Below are positions 58,834 through 64,000 of a DNA stretch of 64,000 nucleotides, piece after piece (the first letter of the stretch is position 1; the number at the start of each line of letters is the position of its first letter). Source of the DNA: Paracoccus aestuarii (GTDB lineage Bacteria > Pseudomonadota > Alphaproteobacteria > Rhodobacterales > Rhodobacteraceae); the NCBI RefSeq assembly GCF_028553885.1, contig NZ_CP067169.1, forward strand, positions 2,222,385 through 2,286,384. The letters run 5' to 3'. Under the pieces are notes generated by a model that did not search any database, was not told where the DNA came from, and saw nothing but the letters and a program-made list of their open reading frames with translations. The translations under genes and the position numbers were made by a program.

Positions 58834-58907
58834 GCGGGTGTTGTGTAATGGTAAGACCCTAGCCTTCCAAGCTAGAGACACGGGTTCGATTCCCGTCACC
58901 CGCTCCA
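58834..58907 (+). tRNA. tRNA-Gly (anticodon UCC)
   Basis: Folded by hand: acceptor GCGGGTG/CACCCGC, anticodon stem-loop CTAGC-CTTCCAA-GCTAG (anticodon TCC), T-arm ACGGG-TTCGATT-CCCGT, discriminator U, encoded CCA. Confidence 0.85.
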
Positions 58908-58984
58908 ATAATTCATAAAAAACTATGCTATTTCAGTGCGGTAACTGCTTTTTTGTCGCACGTCGGAGTAGGCCATGGGACACT

Positions 58985-59650
58985 TTACCAGTCCATGCTC
59001 TCCAAAGCCGTCATCGCATCCCAGGCCATGCGCCTGCGTTCGACTCCCTTGTATAGACCTCGGAGGTCCTGGCCTGCGTATGGCCATGCACGGTCATGAT
59101 CTGGTTTTGACTGCACCCTTCTTGTGCAAGCAGATGCCCCGCGGCCTTGCGGACGCCGTGAGAGGATCGGTTGTCCAAGCCTTCCTCGCGGGACTGGCGC
59201 CGAGACATTTGACCGAGAAAGTCGGAGGTCGCGAAGGGTTTTCCTTACTTGTTCATTAGGTACGTTTCGCCGATGAACGTTACGGCACGGTTTGCCTAAT
59301 ACAGCGGCGGCATCATCGGGATCAAGACTGTGGCCGAACCGCGCTTGGTGGGCGTCCAGCTGAGGGCCCGGACCCCTTCGACCAAGGCTTAATGCCTGCG
59401 GCCGAGGCGCAAAGCGTCCAAAATACGAAAGGCGGTGAACATAAACAGTGGCAGGGACAATGCGCGGTGATGCCCGGTTTATGGTGGTCGCGATACTTGC
59501 GCAGGTCGCCTGCTGTCCAGGGCGCCGCCCCGACGCCGCCGCGGTCAATTCGCGAAATGCCGATTGCAGGATTGACCCCACACCTCGACCAGTTTGGCGG
59601 TCGGGACCTCCATGGCATAGTCAGCATGCTTGGCGGTCATGATCTTCATG
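58985..59650 (-). pseudogene. tyrosine-recombinase (phage integrase) remnant adjacent to tRNA-Gly, frameshifted
   Basis: Minus-strand pieces HGVRKAAGHLLAQEGCSQNQIMTVHGHTQARTSEVYTRESN... and ...RRMAWDAMTALES in different frames match the C-terminal catalytic region of tRNA-associated integrases (HGLRK..., ...ITGH..., ...RYT...). Preceded by an AT-rich junction at 58908-58985. Confidence 0.5.
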
Positions 59651-59760
59651 ACCGATAGGCGCTTCTTCAGGGTCAGCGGCGATGTCGCGCCGCGTCCTAC
59701 GGCCCGTTCCAATGCCGCGAGATGCTTGCCTGCCAGCCGTCCGACAGACCCGCGAACGCC

Positions 59761-60230
59761 CTATCCTCTGCCGCCGCCGCGGGGTCGCGCTTCACCCCAA
59801 CACGCGCTGCCAGATAGATCTTGACAAACTGGGGGTGATCCGGCGTGGTCGACAGGGGGAATGCGATGCGCCTTGTCGCCTTCGACCCGCACCCGGTAGT
59901 GCGCCGAGCCGGATGCCAGCAGCAGCTCGCGCAGCAGGCCCGGATAAGCGATTTTTATATTCTTTAGGTCCGTGGGATCGGCTTTCTGCCATCGTTGTTC
60001 CGATCGGCCTTCGGTGCAACCTGAGTTGGCTCTGGCATGATCCTGTCGGTCCCCGCCTCGGTCACGATCTCGGCCACCAAACGCGGATCCTCGGCGCGCG
60101 CCGCGCGGATGAACCTGCGCGCTTGCCGATATGAAGAACTGGATGGGACGGCCTTCCGCATCGGTGACGGCATGCAGCTTCGTGTTCCGTTCTCGGGCGA
60201 AACGGTCCATCGGACAGTTTTTTCCTCCAT
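59761..60230 (-). pseudogene. IS5-family transposase remnant (frameshifted)
   Basis: MDRFARERNTKLHAVTDAEGRPIQFFISASAQV... resembles the IS427-group OrfB N-terminus; the neighbouring frames also carry fragments. Confidence 0.5.
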
Positions 60231-60259
60231 CGAACCCTAGGCTCCAGACTCATTAAGTT

Positions 60260-60649
60260 TCACAGCCAGAACAAGACGGTTGCGGCGAGCATGATCGCTG
60301 AGAAGAACGTTTCCGGGCAGCGGTCATAACGGGTTGCGACGCGCCTCCAGTCCTTCAGACGTCCGAACATGATTTCGATGCGGTTACGCCTTTTGTAACG
60401 CCGCTTGTCGTATTTGACGACCTTCTTGCGGGACCTCCGTCCGGGGATGCAAACCTTTATCCCCTTGTCTTTCAAAGCGTCTCTGAACCAGTCAGCATCG
60501 TAGCCCCTGTCGGCCAGAAGCCACTCAGCCTTCGGCAGGCTGCCCAGCAGCGCCGCCGCGCCGGTGTAATCGCTAACCTGGCCGGCCGACATGAAGAACC
60601 CGATCGGCCGCCCCTTCGCATCGGCGACAGCGTGCAACTTGGTGTTCAT
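60260..60649 (-). CDS. IS5/IS427-group transposase OrfB
   Basis: MNTKLHAVADAKGRPIGFFMSAGQVSDY...DRGYDADWFRDAL...RRNRIEIMFGRLKDWRRVATRYDR. Confidence 0.8.
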   Translation of the reverse strand: MNTKLHAVADAKGRPIGFFMSAGQVSDYTGAAALLGSLPKAEWLLADRGYDADWFRDALKDKGIKVCIPGRRSRKKVVKYDKRRYKRRNRIEIMFGRLKDWRRVATRYDRCPETFFSAIMLAATVLFWL

Positions 60650-61017
60650 ACCGCCTTTGGTGCGCCCGATCTGGCGCCCGCGCCCCCCTTTTTCACCCCA
60701 AGGCTCGAGGCCGTGCGGTGTGCCGTGAGATAGGTCGCGTCATTCATGATCGTCTTGTGCTCGGCGCTCTCGGCGGCAAGGCCGACCATGATCCGGGCAA
60801 AAACCCCGTTATCGCTCCAGCGCTTCCAGCGGTTGTAGAGGGTTTTGGCCGGGCCGTATTCCTTCGGCGCGTCACACCACCGCAACCCATTACGATTGAT
60901 GAAAATTATGCCGCTGAGAACGCGACGATCATCGACCCGGGGCTTGCCATGGCACTTGGGAAAGAACGGTTTCAGACGCTCCATTTGGGCGTCGCTCAGC
61001 CAGTAAAGATTACTCAT
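60646..61017 (-). CDS. IS5/IS427-group transposase OrfA
   Basis: MSNLYWLSDAQMERLKPFFPKCHGKPRVDDRRVLSGIIFINRNGLRWCDAP...; about 75% identical to the copy-1 OrfA. Confidence 0.8.
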   Translation of the reverse strand: MSNLYWLSDAQMERLKPFFPKCHGKPRVDDRRVLSGIIFINRNGLRWCDAPKEYGPAKTLYNRWKRWSDNGVFARIMVGLAAESAEHKTIMNDATYLTAHRTASSLGVKKGGAGARSGAPKAV

Positions 61018-61255
61018 CGATCAGGTCTCCTTGAGGAGCCTGAATCATGCAAAGACCGTAAGATCAATGGGTCTGGAGCCTAAGACAGTGGCAAAATGAC
61101 GAAAGAGACAGACGGTCGAGGATCTCAAGACGGGGCCTGGCCGCGCGTGATCGGCTGGCCAAGGCGCTGAACGGTATCCCGGGGATCATCCCGCAAAAAC
61201 CGTAAGCAAAAGCGGCCGTGACGGGGCCGCATTCATCGCATGTCTCGATGTCGGA

Positions 61256-61657
61256 TCAACTGTCGCGTTCGGCCAGCCAGGCCTCCATCATCTCGATCTC
61301 AGCCTCCTGCGCCTCGATGACGTCTTCGGCCAAGGCGCGGACCTCCGGATCGGACCCATGCTCGAGAACGATCCGTGCCATGTCGATGGCGCCCTGATGA
61401 TGCGGGATCATCCCGCGCATGAAGTCGATATCGGCGTCACCGCTGTAGTCGATGTTCATCTCGTCGTGCATTTCCGCCATGGCATCGCGATAGGCGATGG
61501 TAGACGGCGTGTCCCCTGGCTGTGCCTCTGCCATCTCTCCGTGGCCAGCGTGATCCATATGCGCCGCGCCGTGATCGCTGTGGTCTGCGGCATGCTGGGC
61601 AAATCCGGGGGCGGCGAGGCCCAGGGTGGTCATCAGGATCGGGACGAAGATTTTCAT
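61256..61657 (-). CDS. DUF305-domain protein, periplasmic, of the kind commonly linked to copper/metal resistance
   Basis: Signal peptide [20 protein letters not shown], a His/Met-rich region, and the DUF305 motif [16 protein letters not shown]. Confidence 0.7.
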   Translation of the reverse strand: MKIFVPILMTTLGLAAPGFAQHAADHSDHGAAHMDHAGHGEMAEAQPGDTPSTIAYRDAMAEMHDEMNIDYSGDADIDFMRGMIPHHQGAIDMARIVLEHGSDPEVRALAEDVIEAQEAEIEMMEAWLAERDS

Positions 61658-61899
61658 GACGCTGTTCTCCCCATTCGCGGTCCGATAGTGTCGGCGCGGT
61701 GCGCGTAAGGTCAATGAGGCTACGGAAGTGTGATCAGACGGGTCATCCGGAACAGACCAAGCCGTGAACCTCCGAACTGTGCATCAATATGTGCCAAAGT
61801 CATGCAGCATGTGCAATGCCAAGATGAAACCGCTTGACCGGACCGGCTTGGAGCGCGTCACCCGCGCGACCCCTCACTCCCTTCTTTTCCCCATGGGCC

Positions 61900-61924
61900 G
61901 GAACGATCGGATCGCGGATCCGTT
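61900..61924 (+). promoter_or_regulatory. EcfG-type (general stress response ECF sigma) promoter GGAAC-N16-CGTT
   Basis: GGAACgatcggatcgcggatcCGTT is an exact match to the alphaproteobacterial EcfG consensus spacing, 45 nt upstream of the ATG at 61969. Confidence 0.6.
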
Positions 61925-61968
61925 ACCCTGACGCAATCACATCGACAATCGCATCAAGGAGTTCGCTC

Positions 61969-62055
61969 ATGTTCAGGTTTCTCGGCAGCGTCGCCGGCAT
62001 CATCTTCCTCATCGGCCTGCTGGTCGTCATCGGCATCCTGTCGCTGATCTTCTGA
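61969..62055 (+). CDS. 28-aa hydrophobic single-TM peptide
   Basis: MFRFLGSVAGIIFLIGLLVVIGILSLIF; AAGGAG ribosome-binding site 7 nt upstream of the ATG; EcfG-type promoter upstream. Confidence 0.5.
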   Translation: MFRFLGSVAGIIFLIGLLVVIGILSLIF

Positions 62056-62067
62056 TCCCCCGCGGCG

Positions 62068-64000
62068 TCAGTCTTGGGCCCGCAGCACGCGGGCCGGGCG
62101 CGCCGCCAAGGGCCGCATGGCAAAGATGAGCCCTGTGGCCAGCGTCGCCACCACCCCGCCCAGAACGATCGCCACCGCGATCGGCAGGTCCAGGCGGAAG
62201 GCGACCTCCATCACCCGGGTCGAGACGGCCCATCCCGCTAGAACCCCGCCCAGCAGCGCCACGGCGCCCGCGGCAAGTCCCAGCAGAGCCGATCGCAGCG
62301 CGAAGCTGGCCAGCACGCGCCCCCGTGTCGCGCCCAAGGTCTTGAGGATCGCCGCCTCGAAGACGCGCGCGCGTTCGCCCGCGGCCGCCGCCCCGATCAG
62401 CACCACCACCCCCGTCACCAAGGTCGCCGAGGCCGCCCAGGCAATCGCCGCGGCGATGCCCGACAGGGTGTCGGCCGCCTGGTCGATCACCTCGCGCACG
62501 GGCACGGCGGTGATGTTGGGATAGCGGCTGCCCAGATCGCGCAGGATCGCGGCCTCGGCGGCGGGTTCGGCATGGACGGTCGCGATATGGGTATGGGGCG
62601 CGCCCTGCAGCGCGCCGGTGTTCAGCGCCATGACGAAGCCGATCCCCGCATCGCTGAAATCGACCTCGCGCAGGTTCGCGATGGTCGCGGTGATGTCGCG
62701 GCCCAGGATATTGACGGTCAGCGTGTCGCCCGGGCCGATGCCGATCTCGCGCGCGACCTCGGATGACAGGCTGACCACGGGCGGGCCGTCGTGATCGGCA
62801 TCCCACCATGCGCCGTCGGTGATGGTCGTGCCCGGCGGCGGCTGGTCGGCATAGGTCACTCCGCGATCGCCGCGCAGCACCCAGTGATCGCCCGCGACCT
62901 CGCGCGCGGGGCGGCCATTGATGCCGGTCAGGATGCCGCGCAGCATCGGCGCCGTCTCGACCTCCGAAACTAGCGGATCGTCGCGCAGCCGCGTCAGGAA
63001 CCCGTCCAGCTGGTCCGGCTGGATGTCCAGAAAGAAATAGGTGGGCGCGCGGTCCGGCAGCTCGGCCTGGATGGCGTGGCGCAGGTTCGATTCGACCTGG
63101 CCCACCGCCGACAGAACCGTCAGCCCCAGCCCGAGCGACAGGATCACCGACAGCGCCTCCTGCCGGGGGCCGCCGATGGCCGACAGCGCCAGCCGCCATG
63201 CGGGCCGGCCCCGCACCGCGCGCGACCGCGCCGCCGCCCGCGCCACGCGCCGCACCAGCAGCGCGGCCAGGGTCAGGACCAGAAAGGCCGCCAGCACGCC
63301 CCCCGCCACCGACAGGGTCAGCACCCACAGCCCCGACAGCCAGGCCGCCAGCCCCACCAGCAGCGCCACCGCCCCCAGGATCAGCGCCAGAAAGACCGGG
63401 CCGGGCCAGCCGCCCTCGCCCTCCAGATCGCGGAACAGGGTGGCGGGGCGGATGCGCCGCGACCGCGCCAAGGGCCACAGGGTAAAGACGAAGGCCGTCA
63501 GCAGGCCATAGACCGCCGCCTCGGCCAAGGGGCCGGGATAGGGGGCGAAGACCGCCGGCACCGGCAGATGCGCCGACAGGACCGGCGCCAGCGCCAAGGG
63601 CAGCGCCGCGCCGATCACCAGCCCGGCGGCGATGCCCATGACCACGACCGCCCCGATCTGCAGCAGATAGACCTGCAGGATCAGCCCGCCCGACGCGCCC
63701 AGGGTCTTCAACACGGCGATGGTCTCGGTCTTGCGGGCCAGATGGGCGCGCACGGCGGCGGATATGCCCACGCCCCCCACCGCCAGCCCGGTCAGCCCGA
63801 CCAGCACCAGAAAGGCGCCGATCTGGTCGACGAAACGTTCGATCCCCGGCGCGCCCCGGCTGCTGTCGCGCCAGCGCGCGCCGCTGTCGGGAAATGCCGC
63901 GCGCCAATCCGCGACCAGCGCCTGCGGATCCGCGCCCGGCGGCAGCATCAGGCGATAGCGGCTGTCAAACAGCGTGCCCGGCGACAGCAGCTGGCTGTCG
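62068..64000 (-). CDS. FtsX-family ABC transporter permease (YbbP-like, duplicated FtsX domains); N-terminus beyond the window end
   Basis: Two FtsX permease repeats, each with 4 TM helices and a large periplasmic loop; the ORF runs off the window end. Confidence 0.7.
   Translation of the reverse strand, partial: DSQLLSPGTLFDSRYRLMLPPGADPQALVADWRAAFPDSGARWRDSSRGAPGIERFVDQIGAFLVLVGLTGLAVGGVGISAAVRAHLARKTETIAVLKTLGASGGLILQVYLLQIGAVVVMGIAAGLVIGAALPLALAPVLSAHLPVPAVFAPYPGPLAEAAVYGLLTAFVFTLWPLARSRRIRPATLFRDLEGEGGWPGPVFLALILGAVALLVGLAAWLSGLWVLTLSVAGGVLAAFLVLTLAALLVRRVARAAARSRAVRGRPAWRLALSAIGGPRQEALSVILSLGLGLTVLSAVGQVESNLRHAIQAELPDRAPTYFFLDIQPDQLDGFLTRLRDDPLVSEVETAPMLRGILTGINGRPAREVAGDHWVLRGDRGVTYADQPPPGTTITDGAWWDADHDGPPVVSLSSEVAREIGIGPGDTLTVNILGRDITATIANLREVDFSDAGIGFVMALNTGALQGAPHTHIATVHAEPAAEAAILRDLGSRYPNITAVPVREVIDQAADTLSGIAAAIAWAASATLVTGVVVLIGAAAAGERARVFEAAILKTLGATRGRVLASFALRSALLGLAAGAVALLGGVLAGWAVSTRVMEVAFRLDLPIAVAIVLGGVVATLATGLIFAMRPLAARPARVLRAQD

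Larger units (their letters stand above)
60240..61080 (-). mobile_element. IS5-family (IS427-group) insertion sequence, copy 2, flanked by a TA duplication
   Basis: Inverted repeats GGCTCCAGACTCATT (60240-) and rc GGCTCCAGACCCATT (-61080), with TA at 60238-39 and 61081-82. orfA 60646-61017 and orfB 60260-60649 overlap at an A5G6 slippery run (60686-60696). Confidence 0.8.

Overview
High-GC (about 67%) alphaproteobacterial chromosome segment, Rhodobacteraceae-like. The 104-aa DUF1476 protein at 19001-19315 closely resembles the Paracoccus F1Fo-ATPase inhibitor zeta subunit as I recall it, so a Paracoccus-like genome is plausible; this is an inference from memory, not a search result. Most of the window is conserved core: rpsB (partial), eda, xseA, purD, prs, purC, purS, a liuR-like MerR pair with an acyl-CoA dehydrogenase, thiolase and fadB beta-oxidation cluster, the classical dusB-ntrBC-ntrYX-trkAH-hfq-hflX block, sdaA, and zur-znuCB with divergent znuA. 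Two accessory patches stand out. (i) An insertion-sequence graveyard at about 7.8-11.4 kb: an IS30 fragment, a degraded IS5 element, an intact IS481, and an IS3 orfB interrupted by an intact IS5/IS427-group element, all inserted into and truncating an acyl-CoA dehydrogenase gene. (ii) A degraded islet at the 3' end of tRNA-Gly(UCC) at about 58.9-62.1 kb: an AT-rich junction, a tyrosine-integrase remnant, IS5 remnants, a second intact IS427-group copy, a DUF305 gene and a 28-aa hydrophobic peptide gene with a textbook EcfG general-stress promoter. Other points worth attention are a TelA / DUF2927 lipoprotein / SPFH-plus-double-zinc-ribbon membrane cluster, a partial yjbH/yjbF polysaccharide locus followed by a tiny secreted protein with a sorting-signal-like C-terminus, a perfect 16-bp inverted-repeat pair 168 bp apart upstream of a GST gene, apparent frameshifts in an MFS and a MATE transporter, and candidate Zur and iron-responsive operators. 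No rRNA genes or CRISPR arrays are seen. The supplied ORF track uses GTG/TTG starts and contains many long antisense ORFs typical of high-GC DNA; these were rejected.
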